Part shown: in pieces, positions 9,846 through 20,208 of the stretch
Layout: the number at the start of each line of letters is the position of its first letter
Numbering within the stretch: position 1 is the stretch's first letter
Assembly: GCA_965261545.1 (NCBI GenBank)
Contig: CBDHDF010000007.1
Coordinates: forward strand, 288,001 to 352,000
Length of the DNA: 64,000 nucleotides
Source: Bdellovibrionales bacterium
GTDB taxonomy: Bacteria; Bdellovibrionota; Bdellovibrionia; Bdellovibrionales; UBA1609
Reading direction: 5' to 3'
Notes under the pieces: generated by a model
The model's input: the letters and a program-made list of their open reading frames with translations, nothing else
Databases searched by the model: none
Told to the model about the DNA's origin: nothing
Made by a program: the position numbers and the translations under genes

Positions 9846-11108
9846 GTGGACACGCCCCGTCATTCTCATGATGCTGTTGTTAGTGGCAGTGTTCCTGTGC
9901 CCGACAAATTGCCTCAAAAATTTGATCGAAGTACGCTTTCTGATAAAGCTCTTCGATCTGGAGCCATTGAATCACTTATTAGTCATAATGAAGATCTTAT
10001 GTCTAGACTCCAAGTGGCACTTCGACGAATCTCGTCTCTAGAAGAGAGGCTTCAACAATCAGCAACATTTGAAAACAAATTCAAATTTCACTACAAAAAT
10101 TTAAAAGATCAAGTCCTCGTTTTAAAACAGAGAGAAAAATACCTAAGAGAACGCAAGAGTATCGCAGAAACCAAATTCGATGGTCTCCAGCAAAGGATTC
10201 GGATACTCGAAATAGAATACGCAAAACTTTACACTTCCTCTCAAGATGAACACAAACAGTTAACAGGTAGCATAAAGAAACTTTCTAAACGCATAAGACA
10301 CTTAAATAAGTTTAAGTCAAAACTTTCTTTTGTGGCCCATAAGTTGAGAAAATCATTTAAAAAGAGTCAGGAAGAATTATTAAAATCCAAGGAGGAACTT
10401 AAAGCTCTGAAAGGAAAACTAGGCCAAGCTGTCAATTATATTCAAAACCAAGCTGAGAAATTTAAAAAAGAAAAGTACGAATTAACGGAAGAATTAACAA
10501 TTTTACGCAAAAAAAATCAAAATTTCAATGAAGTTTATAATGAAAATATCGTACTCCAAAACAAATTGGTTTTTATCCAAAGAAAGCATGATGAGTCTCG
10601 TAACAACTTCAACTCAGAAGTCTCCAAACTCCAGGAGGGCCTTGCTCACTACCGTGAACAAGCCAAGAGCCAAATCCTAAGCCTACGTCAACAAAACGAA
10701 GAAGTAGAAGAAAAGAAGGTCGAAGTCGATGCACTCAAAGAAGAAATATTCACTTTAAAGGACCAATTGGAAAGCATCCAATGTTTATGGAGAGACAATC
10801 AAAATCAACTTGAAAAGCAACGACAAAAGGGTGACTCACTGGAAGCTCTCAATCAACAAATGAGCCGCCAATTAAGTCAGTACAGGCAAGAATTCAAAGA
10901 GTTGCATCAAAGTTTTCAAAATGAAAGGCATGAGACTGCAAAGAAAATGAATGAAGTAAAGGATCAACTTCAAACAGCACGAATCACGGATAAAAAGACC
11001 ATCTCCAATAATTTGTCACAGAAAGAAAAAACACTCCCCCTGTTGATTTCTCCCACCATAGAAAAGCTAGAAGAACTCATAACTGACCTTGAAACAAGGT
11101 CGCTTTAG
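9846..11108 (+). CDS. Long coiled-coil hypothetical protein
   Basis: 420-aa ORF with heptad-rich E/K/Q/L composition; AAGGAGG RBS. Confidence 0.75.
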   Translation: MDTPRHSHDAVVSGSVPVPDKLPQKFDRSTLSDKALRSGAIESLISHNEDLMSRLQVALRRISSLEERLQQSATFENKFKFHYKNLKDQVLVLKQREKYLRERKSIAETKFDGLQQRIRILEIEYAKLYTSSQDEHKQLTGSIKKLSKRIRHLNKFKSKLSFVAHKLRKSFKKSQEELLKSKEELKALKGKLGQAVNYIQNQAEKFKKEKYELTEELTILRKKNQNFNEVYNENIVLQNKLVFIQRKHDESRNNFNSEVSKLQEGLAHYREQAKSQILSLRQQNEEVEEKKVEVDALKEEIFTLKDQLESIQCLWRDNQNQLEKQRQKGDSLEALNQQMSRQLSQYRQEFKELHQSFQNERHETAKKMNEVKDQLQTARITDKKTISNNLSQKEKTLPLLISPTIEKLEELITDLETRSL

Positions 11109-11337
11109 AAATTTTTCTGATGAACATCTTGAAGTCTGATTAGGGTGTGTCCTCACTTTGACCAAGCGCATTTATCCTAGCGCAACCAAAATTAAAGTCT
11201 AGATATGTCGTCATCCGTATTCTGCGGAGCATTGATTTAGAGGATTTTTTTAACACTCATGGCCTTCAAAGACAAGTTCCACTGTTTGAGTGAGCTTAGG
11301 AGACTTTAGAAGGTGAATGTCATTTTTGTTGAAATTT

Positions 11338-12291
11338 TTACTTTTTTTGGAGAGCCTTGATTTCGTCTTCAGAAAGCCCTGTTGCTTCGGCTATCTCCAA
11401 AGCCTCCTGTCCTTTTAAAATCATCTTTAAAGCAATGGCCTCTCTCTCTTCCCTTCGCCCTCTTTCAAGCCCTTTTTCAAGCCCTTTTTCAAGCCCTTTT
11501 TCAAGCCCTTTTTCAAGCCCCTCTTCATGGGCTGTGTCGATCTGTGACAAAATATCTCGACGCTGCTTATCTTCAGATTCAAGTCGCTCTCGCATAAGTT
11601 CGTCTTGAGACAAATTCCACAAATTTTTGACGGCTCTTCCCATGTCCCTTCCTTTTTTGGCTAGCTCTTGGCTGGTTTGTTGATCCAACTCATCCGATCT
11701 CTTTAAGAAATAGCACCACGCTTCACGCTGGTCAACAAGACTGTCTAATCTGCCGATGAACTTGTTCAATTCTACAATGACAAATTGCATACCATCGGTG
11801 ATCCTTAAATAAGGGTGTCTATCCTGCCTCATGCTGCATGTGTGGTAATAATCGTTGTCCTTGCGTAGCTCAGGAAGGTCCACAGTACTGAAAACAAGGG
11901 AGTAAACAGTTCTTAATTTCTCGTATTTTTCTCCTTCTTTCACTTGATTGGAGTAGACCCGTCCCGCATAGGCAAGAAGGCGATTTGTGAAGTCTCTTTG
12001 GGATACGGTTTGCATCTCCACATTCACAGTTTCATCTTCGACCCACTCTCCACTGGACAATTGTCGAGAGATGCGAAGTTTCATGTCCAAGATGAAGGTC
12101 TTTCCCGAAGGCTTGCTTGCCTCTGAAGAGTTTTCTTCGGCATCTAACAACTGAACATGCTCCACCCGGCAACCGGGTGGCAAAGGAAGAAAATCCTGCA
12201 ACAAAGGTTTGAGCAAGTCCTGGTCGTGCTTAAAAAATGCTTTAAAAGTGTTATCAAGGGTTAAGCAAAGGGGAGGAAGGGGTTTTTTCAT
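11338..12291 (-). CDS. Rpn-family PD-(D/E)XK nuclease (recombination-promoting nuclease / putative transposase)
   Basis: D.TFK.FF, ILDMK, NVEMQ, R.L.Y, IVELNKF, WCYFLK, EKGL repeats and C-terminal IAEATGLSEDEI. Confidence 0.9.
   Translation of the reverse strand: MKKPLPPLCLTLDNTFKAFFKHDQDLLKPLLQDFLPLPPGCRVEHVQLLDAEENSSEASKPSGKTFILDMKLRISRQLSSGEWVEDETVNVEMQTVSQRDFTNRLLAYAGRVYSNQVKEGEKYEKLRTVYSLVFSTVDLPELRKDNDYYHTCSMRQDRHPYLRITDGMQFVIVELNKFIGRLDSLVDQREAWCYFLKRSDELDQQTSQELAKKGRDMGRAVKNLWNLSQDELMRERLESEDKQRRDILSQIDTAHEEGLEKGLEKGLEKGLEKGLERGRREEREAIALKMILKGQEALEIAEATGLSEDEIKALQKK
11463..11520. repeat. 12-bp tandem repeat (about 5 units) encoding EKGL in Rpn
   Basis: (TTTCAAGCCCTT)n read directly. 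Confidence 0.9.
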
Positions 12292-12417
12292 AAGTAAAAA
12301 TTATGCATCTTGCTTTGGAGTAAAGTCAATGTATGTTTTCATTTACAGTTGTAGCCTACAACTCTCCCCCCGTACTTTCTTAAACGACTTTTCTGATCTC
12401 CGGGCACGATATAGGCC

Positions 12418-12921
12418 ATGATTTCATTGGTGGTGAACTACCAGGAGCGGTCGAGTGTAGGTAACACGTGTGTGGTGGCCCGAACAGCGACTGTGCCCTG
12501 TGCTTCATGCCTCACTTGCGGCCCCTCAGAGATAGATGCCGTAGCTGCCATGGCAACCACTTGCAGTCCTACCAGTCGATGCCAAAGTGGGACGGCGAAC
12601 TACCAAGTAAGAGCGAGTGGCGGCAGCACCTGTGTGGTAAAGACAGCCAAAGTGAGTTGCGCGTCTTGTTCAGCTGTCAAACGGACCCAAAGTTCAATGA
12701 TATGTCCTTCTACAAGAACGAATGAGTGTAGTATGGCTCAAAGAGGTCTTGTGAAGTGGGCTTGGTATGGGATAGGATGTGAGCAAGATCGGAGTACTTT
12801 TTTTCTTCCTATACAGGAGGAAGTGTTACGTGAACTGAAAGTTGGTTTCTCAAACAGCTTCAGGGGTTTACGCAGGATGGAAGTCAGTTGGAGTCCCGTG
12901 CCCATGAAAAATTACGCCTGA
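12418..12921 (+). CDS. Cys-rich ORF with two internal repeats about 54 aa apart, probably a gene remnant
   Basis: NYQERSSVGNTCVV...CASC and NYQVRASGGSTCVV...CASC; ends at the IS4 insertion site. Confidence 0.4.
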   Translation: MISLVVNYQERSSVGNTCVVARTATVPCASCLTCGPSEIDAVAAMATTCSPTSRCQSGTANYQVRASGGSTCVVKTAKVSCASCSAVKRTQSSMICPSTRTNECSMAQRGLVKWAWYGIGCEQDRSTFFLPIQEEVLRELKVGFSNSFRGLRRMEVSWSPVPMKNYA

Positions 12922-13002
12922 GTCAATGCCGTTTCCTTAAGAAAAATCTCTTGAAATTATTAGATAGTTTCTGTCCAGAAAGGCCCATTTTTTGTTCTCT
13001 GA

Positions 13003-13042
13003 CACTCCCCATTGAGCCTCCCAATGCCTCAATGGGGGAGTG
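13003..13042 (-). terminator. Strong hairpin downstream of the ISNCY transposase
   Basis: CACTCCCCATTGAG...CTCAATGGGGGAGTG inverted repeat; terminator role is inferred. Confidence 0.4.
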
Positions 13043-13200
13043 AGAGTTGGAGATTTGCCACACAAACTCTACAGATTAAGGGGAAAAAGGTCTTTAAGCG
13101 ACTTGCGCCCTAGTTTTTTCGATTTGAAGACGCACCCCTACCTTTGGAAGATTTTAGCACCTTCGACCTGGTCCATTGCTGTTATTCCTAATGGATAAAT

Positions 13201-14565
13201 TTAGGTGACAGTTGATAATTCATGTCTTGCCAAGACAACAAAATTATAGGCACAAACGGCATTCTTTACATACCTCTTAAAACCATCATGCCCTTTCCAG
13301 TAAGCAACTCTCATACCAAAACATCTCTTAAGGAATGAAATAACAGCCTCTATTCCGGCTCTCCAATTGAGAAGATTTTTAAAGACCCAAGCACTTTTAA
13401 CCATCTTTAATATTTTCATTCCTTTTTTTTCTGGGAAGCAAACATCTTTAGCCCCCATCTCTTTGGCCTCTTCAAGATTTTCTTTTGAAGCAAACCCACC
13501 ATCTGCACTTACTTTTACAGGGCAAGCCCCATAGGTTTGTGTCACTGAATTCATAACTTTTAAAAACATATCAGAGTCTGCGGGGTTGCCATCAGGGATC
13601 TGACAATCTAAAATCATGTTGCTTTGCCCTGAGGTCAGAAAGATTTTATGCCCAAACTCGACTTCTCTTTGCCCCTTTACAATAATGTCTGTATGCGGTT
13701 CAAAGATGGATAGGACCTTTTTTTCAGAAGATACTTTTTTCCCCTCAATAACTCTTTTTTGAGTTTGAAAGATGATTTTTTCCAGGTAGAAGGCAACATT
13801 TTCTAACTGTTTTAGACTCTTTTTCAAAGCATTCATCTTCACACATTTTTGTTCTTTTTTTATCTTTCTGATGGTATCAGGTAATCCTTTGTTCAATTTG
13901 GTAGCGATTTTTAAAAGCTCCTTATAGCAAGGTAGTCTTTCCGCATCATTTTTGGAATTATTAATTTTGTAAAGCAAGGTTTTTGCTCTCTTAAGATCTT
14001 CTCTTGAAATAAGTCGCCAAAAATCTTTCATGACATTTTTACGAACTTTTTTAAATTCTCTTTCTGTAACTCTTATGCAGTCATATAAAAGCGATGCATC
14101 CGTTGGATGATGAATATTTGATTTCGTCACTGTACTGTCCAATCTCATTTTCTTACACGGCTCAATCTTTTGATCTCTTGCATCTGAAACTAAAGAGGCG
14201 CTAATAATTCCCCAAGTTTCTTCACTTATTTGAACAATCAAGTCCTGTAAGGTGGAGTGAGCGTAATTTTCTTCCAATTCAAGGCCCAGAAAAGCTCTGG
14301 TGGATACTGAATCGACAAGATTAAAGGCTAACGCACGATAGGAAAGACCTCTTATGGATTTAAGAATAGCCACCTTGAGAACTTGCTCCGATGTCATACC
14401 AATATCACCAGAATCTTTCTTTTCTTTAACAAGGTCTTCATGAACCATATGGGCAAACTCTGGATGGCGATCAATGATGTTATTAATTTGCTGCAATTCT
14501 GTACTGAGTTGGTGGTTAGGATATTGGGAAAAGAGTCCCAACTGTGTCTTCTTCAAATGGCGCAT
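13201..14565 (-). CDS. DDE transposase (ISNCY / IS5-like)
   Basis: RLDSTV..SNIHHPTD, FEPHTDII.KG.REVEFGHK, SADGGFAS, WRAGIEAVISFLKR. Confidence 0.9.
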   Translation of the reverse strand: MRHLKKTQLGLFSQYPNHQLSTELQQINNIIDRHPEFAHMVHEDLVKEKKDSGDIGMTSEQVLKVAILKSIRGLSYRALAFNLVDSVSTRAFLGLELEENYAHSTLQDLIVQISEETWGIISASLVSDARDQKIEPCKKMRLDSTVTKSNIHHPTDASLLYDCIRVTEREFKKVRKNVMKDFWRLISREDLKRAKTLLYKINNSKNDAERLPCYKELLKIATKLNKGLPDTIRKIKKEQKCVKMNALKKSLKQLENVAFYLEKIIFQTQKRVIEGKKVSSEKKVLSIFEPHTDIIVKGQREVEFGHKIFLTSGQSNMILDCQIPDGNPADSDMFLKVMNSVTQTYGACPVKVSADGGFASKENLEEAKEMGAKDVCFPEKKGMKILKMVKSAWVFKNLLNWRAGIEAVISFLKRCFGMRVAYWKGHDGFKRYVKNAVCAYNFVVLARHELSTVT

Positions 14566-15178
14566 AGTCCCCCCTTTGGTGAAAGTTTCTCTTTAATTTT
14601 TATATTAACATACGTTTTTTTGAGGGAAAAAAGTGAGCAAGGATGTCTTTTAAGAAGAAAAAAATCAGAGAGGTTCTCGGAGAACATGGATAAGAATTCT
14701 ACCTCATAGAGAGGTTCCCACGCCTCCTAAAACCTACATAAAAAATAAATGAAGAATAAAATATCAAAAATTATTTCTCTGAAAAAACACGTCAAGTATT
14801 TTTTGAAGTTGATGCGCAACGTAATGTTATTTCCCTGAAGGAGGTTTGAAATCACCACGGTGGAAACACAGGTTGATCCAACTCTTCCTCTCATATCAAG
14901 TAACCAGTTGATAGCCACATAAGTCACTGAAAGGGAGGGGCTGTGAAAGGTTCGTCAAGAGAGGGGGGGGAACTTATTTTATTTTTCCGTTTTATGTAAG
15001 TAACTGAATTTACACGGATTATGTTTGATGGACTCCATTTTAAAGCATAAAATCTAAAGGGAAGGCATGTAAATACTTAAAACTACTTAACTTTCTTCCC
15101 TGGACAGGAACTAGATAAATCGACAAGAATAAGACTTGTTTTATTTTACACCCAACCCTCAACCAAGGAGTAAGTCAC

Positions 15179-16477
15179 ATGCAATCCAATATTGATCTCG
15201 AAAGCCCCCAAATGACGAGTTCGCGTCACAGATGACCATTTTATTCTACCAAAACTTGATTCTTCCTTCAAGCCAGAGCACCTTGTCGATCCAGAAAAAC
15301 AAAAAAGGAATCGAAAATTTAATCCTCAAATTTTCTTTTTTACCATTATCTATCTTATTTCAGGAACAAATTACGAAGGCTACCAAATCGCTCTTAAGAC
15401 GGTATGGACTCATTTTGGGACCTGCTTCTCATGCCAGTCAAAAGCAGTCTCAGCAAGATACGTCAAAGTATTTCTTACCTATTTTTCAAAGATATCTTTG
15501 AATCTCTGATTACAGACTACGAACCATTGAGAAAAACGTTTCATGGTTTTTATATCTATGCCATAGATGGCGACCAATTAGCACTTCCTCGCTCTAAAGA
15601 TCTTTTAAAGGAGGGTTATTGTGGGTACCCTTGCCCAAATGAGATGGAAACTCATTTCTTACGTATGTATCTATCTCATGCTTATGACGTTTTATCGGGT
15701 GTGACAAAGAATCTTTGCTTTTCTCCCGCTCTCAACGAAATCGCCAATGCTATTCAAATGATAGGTAGTTTTGAGAGTAATAGCATAACTCTCTACGATA
15801 GGCTTTATTTATCTACAGAGATTATTAAGGCCCATGCTCAAGCCAGTAACTTCTTTATTGCGCGTTGTAAGCGAGGCTCTACTTTTATCCCCATCGTAAA
15901 TTTATTTAATGGCCCAGGTTGGTATTCACAAATGGTTATTGAGGGGGTGGTCATTCATCTCTATAAGTATAAAAACCCAAAGACTGGGGAGTTCTCTGTT
16001 TTGGCCACTAATCTTCCGCATGGCTCCTTGGACAAGAAGGATATGGTTGCTCTTTACTCTCGTCGTTGGGAAATAGAAACGACATTTCGTGATTTTACAT
16101 CGACAATGAAAATGGAGCAGTGGCACTCAACAAGCCTTAATGGAATATTGCAAGAGCTGTATTCTTATTTTTGGCTCTTCAATTATACAAAGATTCAAAT
16201 GAGCATAAATGAGGATGAAGACAGTGTGAATCAGTTGGTAAAAAATGACTACAAAAAACCTAACTTTAAACTGATTCTTGATTTCATAATGGATAGCATC
16301 CCCCTTTTTGTTGCGGGGCTCTATCAGAAATTTAGGAAGCAGATAAAGTTGCTGATGAAGATTTCAATGGAGAAGAGGAGGCACTTCAAAAGAAGCTATG
16401 AAAGGTCTATCAAAAGGGCTGGGAGTTCTTTTAAAAGAAATAGCTTAACGCAGAGGCAGAGGGGTGTGGTGGCTTAA
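15179..16477 (+). pseudogene. IS4-family transposase with a 1-nt deletion near 15418 relative to copy 2
   Basis: AIDGD, YDRLY, Y.RRWEIETTFR (YREK-like); TTTGGGACC here versus TTTGGTGACC in copy 2. Confidence 0.85.
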
Positions 16478-16590
16478 GGAAACGGCATTGACGCCTGAGT
16501 AGTAGGGTTATTTAGGTAAGTTAAGAGCAAAGGGCGGCGGCCCCCAAGGGGTTAGGCCCCTTCCCACGAGGCTTTCGATCGATCTTATTC

Positions 16591-16923
16591 ATGATAACCT
16601 CTAAAGAAAAGCTATCAAAATTTATCTCCAAACACAAGGAGAAACAAAATTTTAGACTTTCGTTGGGGTCCCAAAGACCCCAAGAAATAGTAGAAACGCT
16701 GAACGGCCAAATCAAAAATCAAACTTATTATTTTTCTGAAAGAAAAACCATATTCGCTGGAGGTAAACAATTAACTTTCTACAAAAAATGGGAAGATCGA
16801 TTTGTAGAGTTTTGCCTGTCTACCTATTTACGCTATTTACGAGAAATGGCCAATGCAACAAGACTTAGGTGCTGGATGCGCTTGGCTAAAATGAGGACAC
16901 ACCCTAATATTAACGGCGATTAA
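16591..16923 (+). CDS. Hypothetical protein
   Basis: 110-aa ORF, no motif recognised. Confidence 0.3.
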   Translation: MITSKEKLSKFISKHKEKQNFRLSLGSQRPQEIVETLNGQIKNQTYYFSERKTIFAGGKQLTFYKKWEDRFVEFCLSTYLRYLREMANATRLRCWMRLAKMRTHPNINGD

Positions 16924-18824
16924 CTACTTTTTTTTGTCAATAAAGAAGAGATAATAGTTGTGAAGCGTCCTCCTTGGTTACTTTTTTTTACCATAGCTGT
17001 GGCTCTGCGTATTTCCTTTTGGAGTCCTGGAATCGAAGGGTCAATCCCTAGGGCATGCTCAAAGCATTGCTTGGCCTGAACATACTCCTTACGCATCTTG
17101 TGGCAAAGTCCACGCACGACATGATAGTGGGCATGGCGTTTTGGATCATAGGGAATGGGCATTTTTAAGACTTCCGAATACACTTTATCAATAAATTTAT
17201 TATCAATCTGTTGACAACACTTAATTTCAGCCCAAAGAGCGTAAATCTTCCATCTGTCACGACTTTCTTGAGTGTTTGGCATTTTTTTAAATATATTGTA
17301 AGCCTTAGAGTAGTCTCCTGCCATAAGGGCCATATAACCTAAATCTAAAGTGCTTTGAGTGGAGGTTGTGGATTCTTCTTCGCCACCACCACTTAATTTT
17401 GAGGTGTAAGTCGCTCTCAGATCTGCATTACTAAGAATTTTATGAGACTCTTCTAAAAGATTCAATAAATTGCGGCTAAGATTGCATATCTCTACAGGTA
17501 ATTCATCGGACGTATATTTATAATCAAGCAATTGAGTCCGAATTAAATAAGCATCATTGACATCTCGAACGGTGGCAAATCGATCTATATTGAGCCTTTC
17601 ATAGTGATCTTGACTTTCAAAAATGTCTTTAAGTTCTTTGAGACGACTTATTTTTATATCATAGGGTTTTTCAATCAACTGAGAGCTAACAAAGTTCATT
17701 TTTCTCAATAGAATCATGAAGTAGACTTCATTAAACTGTAGTGGGTCTTCAACACCCTTAAGCAAATCCAAAAAAGGAGCACCTTCAGGCATCTTTTTTA
17801 GCTCTGTGGATATAAGACTATGTGAAAATTCTTTTTGAATAAGGCACAAACTCTCATGGCTTAAAGAATATCCTTCAAGAGATAAAAATTGGTTCTTTAG
17901 TGATTCACTATCGAGCCTTTTTCTTATCCACTCATCCATAAAGAGATTAAAATTACTAGGGCCAATATGCAAATCACTGGGGAGGTTACCTTCGACAACA
18001 AGGGTTGCTGTATATATTATATCTTGAATAAATTGACTGATTCGTATTTTCATCTGTTCAATGAGAATCACCTTAATCACCGAAGCACTGATGGAATTTA
18101 CCTCAACCAAACGCTCTCCAATACGCTTATCATCATTGGCATTTAAGCTTTGGCTCAATTCTTCCTCACTAATCAATCCCTTACTCACCAAAAGAGATCC
18201 AAATGGATTCTTGGTATCATTACTATCAACGTTAAAAATAAGACCCTTATGAAAATAAATCCTACCGTGTATATTATTTTTTCTTGATTGAAGTTGCAAA
18301 AATCCTGTGAACTTTTCTTCGTGGGCACTCGCTAAAAAAAGAGGAAGTTGCTCTCCTCGAATTTTATTGTTCTCTATGAGAAGTGAGTAAACTTCTTGGT
18401 TCCGATCAATAAAAGATTGCAAGGGGCTCTCATTTTGATTTTCTTGCAGCTCAAGACATTTATGGACAGATTGAATTAAAGTTTCAATACTAAAGGGCTT
18501 TGTTAAATAGTATTTAGATTGAGCCAATTGAAGGGCTCGGTCCATAAATTCTTGCTTTTTGAAAATACCACTCATCATAATGATATGTGGCTCGCTTCCA
18601 CAAAGAAGGCGTATGGCTTGCGCAAGTTCGACACCATTTTGCCCCGGCAACATACAATCAATAATATAACATTGAAAATAACCTGATTTTATATGATTCA
18701 TAGCCTGGTGGCTATGCAAAGCAAGGGTCACTTTGTAGCCATTTCTACTCAAAGCTTCCACCATCGCCGAACTAAGAGACGTGTCATCTTCACAAATAAG
18801 TATAGAGATATCTGATTTTTTCAT
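16920..18824 (-). CDS. Response regulator with REC, DUF4388-like, degenerate J-domain and TPR regions
   Basis: ICEDD / IDCMLPGQNG / TKPF receiver; FTGFL..GRIYF.KG, FGSLLV.KGLI; HYERLNI..A...V..AY without HPD; C-terminal TPR. Confidence 0.8.
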   Translation of the reverse strand: MKKSDISILICEDDTSLSSAMVEALSRNGYKVTLALHSHQAMNHIKSGYFQCYIIDCMLPGQNGVELAQAIRLLCGSEPHIIMMSGIFKKQEFMDRALQLAQSKYYLTKPFSIETLIQSVHKCLELQENQNESPLQSFIDRNQEVYSLLIENNKIRGEQLPLFLASAHEEKFTGFLQLQSRKNNIHGRIYFHKGLIFNVDSNDTKNPFGSLLVSKGLISEEELSQSLNANDDKRIGERLVEVNSISASVIKVILIEQMKIRISQFIQDIIYTATLVVEGNLPSDLHIGPSNFNLFMDEWIRKRLDSESLKNQFLSLEGYSLSHESLCLIQKEFSHSLISTELKKMPEGAPFLDLLKGVEDPLQFNEVYFMILLRKMNFVSSQLIEKPYDIKISRLKELKDIFESQDHYERLNIDRFATVRDVNDAYLIRTQLLDYKYTSDELPVEICNLSRNLLNLLEESHKILSNADLRATYTSKLSGGGEEESTTSTQSTLDLGYMALMAGDYSKAYNIFKKMPNTQESRDRWKIYALWAEIKCCQQIDNKFIDKVYSEVLKMPIPYDPKRHAHYHVVRGLCHKMRKEYVQAKQCFEHALGIDPSIPGLQKEIRRATAMVKKSNQGGRFTTIISSLLTKKSS

Positions 18825-19073
18825 CGCCTTTTAGAACATCGGCCTATGAAGCGATTTACTTAAGCTGCGGGTGTGAACTGCCTCAGAGAGAGACCGCTTA
18901 TAAGTTGAACACTTTGAAGAAGACTTATTGAAATTCTAAAAGTCACCGAATCTAGATATGAGAGAATCATTTGAGAGTCCATGAAGTTGGCGCCGAGCTC
19001 TCCCTGGCAATGAGAACAGAGAGAACAAAAGAAATAGAGAGAGTAGAGACGCCAGCAAGACCACTGAGTTCAA

Positions 19074-19793
19074 GTGAAGGAAAGTTCCATGGCTAAGATA
19101 TTATTGGTTGATGACGATGCAGATATGTTAGAAATTGCGGCCAAGACTTTATCCAATGCCAACCACCAGGCCCATACGGCTTTGGATGCCCTTTCTGCTC
19201 TAGATATCCTCAATGGAGAGACCTTTGATGCTCTCATTACAGATGCAAATATGCCCCACCACTCCGGCTATGAACTCGTTCAAACCCTGCGCAATGATTC
19301 ACATTTTGATAAAATGGCGGTGGCACTACTTACGGGGAGACGCAACAGGCAAGATATTGAAAAAGCCTTAAAATTAGGAGTTGACGATTATATTATCAAG
19401 CCCTTTGATCCTCTTTTATTTCTTACAAAAGTTGAGCTTCTGCTCCAACAAAAAAGAGGGCAAGACCCCTCTCAAGGTTCACCAGAAGTTCACCTTAAAG
19501 ATACATCTATTTGCACTGAGGCAAAGGTAGAGCTTGAGGCGCGCTTAGAGACCCTCTCTGAAGTGAATATCACTCTGACAACAGACTATAAAATGGAATC
19601 TGGACAAATATTGAATCTCAAGACAAGCCTTTTTGATGAGCTAGGCATTGCCCCGCCCGCCTTTAAGGTTTTATCTTCAATAAAGAAGGAGCAACACTGG
19701 TTGACCACTCTTCTTTTTGTCGGTACCAATGATTTTATTCTTCAAAAAATCCGTGCCCATATTTATAAGAGTTCGGGTTCTAGAGTTGCTTAG
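19074..19793 (+). CDS. Response regulator (REC plus C-terminal domain)
   Basis: LLVDDD, TDANMP, DDYIIKPF. Confidence 0.88.
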   Translation: MKESSMAKILLVDDDADMLEIAAKTLSNANHQAHTALDALSALDILNGETFDALITDANMPHHSGYELVQTLRNDSHFDKMAVALLTGRRNRQDIEKALKLGVDDYIIKPFDPLLFLTKVELLLQQKRGQDPSQGSPEVHLKDTSICTEAKVELEARLETLSEVNITLTTDYKMESGQILNLKTSLFDELGIAPPAFKVLSSIKKEQHWLTTLLFVGTNDFILQKIRAHIYKSSGSRVA

Positions 19794-19802
19794 GAGAAAT
19801 TT

Positions 19803-20207
19803 GTGAGAATACTGCTTGCCGAAGACGACGATAATATCTCAACCATTGCCAGACTAGCTCTGGAGCAATTCGGTCAGCATAAAGTGGACCTCGCCAAAGA
19901 CGGTCAAACGGCCCTTGAAATGGCCATTGAACATGGTTACGATCTCATTCTTCTCGACCGCATGATGCCTAAAATGAATGGACTGGATATGTGTCTTAAA
20001 TATAAAAGTCACCCCCAAAGCCATACCCCCATCATCTTTCTAAGCGCAAGATGTCATGACAAGGATGTAAAAACCTTCTGCGAACTGGGGCAGGGATTTA
20101 TTCCAAAACCCTTTGACCCCACTCATCTTTGTCAACAAATTGATGAGATTATGAAAATCCAAGAACAAAATCAAGAACAGATGATGACGTCTTTGGAGAA
20201 AACTTGA
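19803..20207 (+). CDS. Single-domain response regulator
   Basis: LAEDD, LDRMMP.MNG, IPKPF. Confidence 0.9.
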   Translation: MRILLAEDDDNISTIARLALEQFGQHKVDLAKDGQTALEMAIEHGYDLILLDRMMPKMNGLDMCLKYKSHPQSHTPIIFLSARCHDKDVKTFCELGQGFIPKPFDPTHLCQQIDEIMKIQEQNQEQMMTSLEKT

Positions 20208-20208
20208 C

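Larger units (their letters stand above)
12967..15111 (-). mobile_element. ISNCY-type DDE element (2145 bp) nested in the IS4 left end
   Basis: TIR GTT(T/C)CTGTCCAG; 6-bp TSD TAGATA at 12961-12966 and 15112-15117; the empty site is visible in IS4 copy 2. Confidence 0.9.
12924..16490 (+). mobile_element. IS4-family element, copy 1 (1416 bp net), interrupted by an ISNCY element
   Basis: Perfect 18-bp TIR CAATGCCGTTTCCTTAAG; 10-bp TSD ACGCCTGAGT at 12914-12923 and 16491-16500; near-identical to 61052-62468. Confidence 0.95.

Noticed and set aside
11141..11330. TAGGGTGTGTCCTCA resembling an IS5-family terminal repeat
   Set aside because: No partner repeat or recognisable transposase remnant found; too weak to call.
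14830..14870. Hammerhead-like CTGA...GAAA core
   Set aside because: CTGAAGG does not fit CUGANGA and the required stems could not be built.
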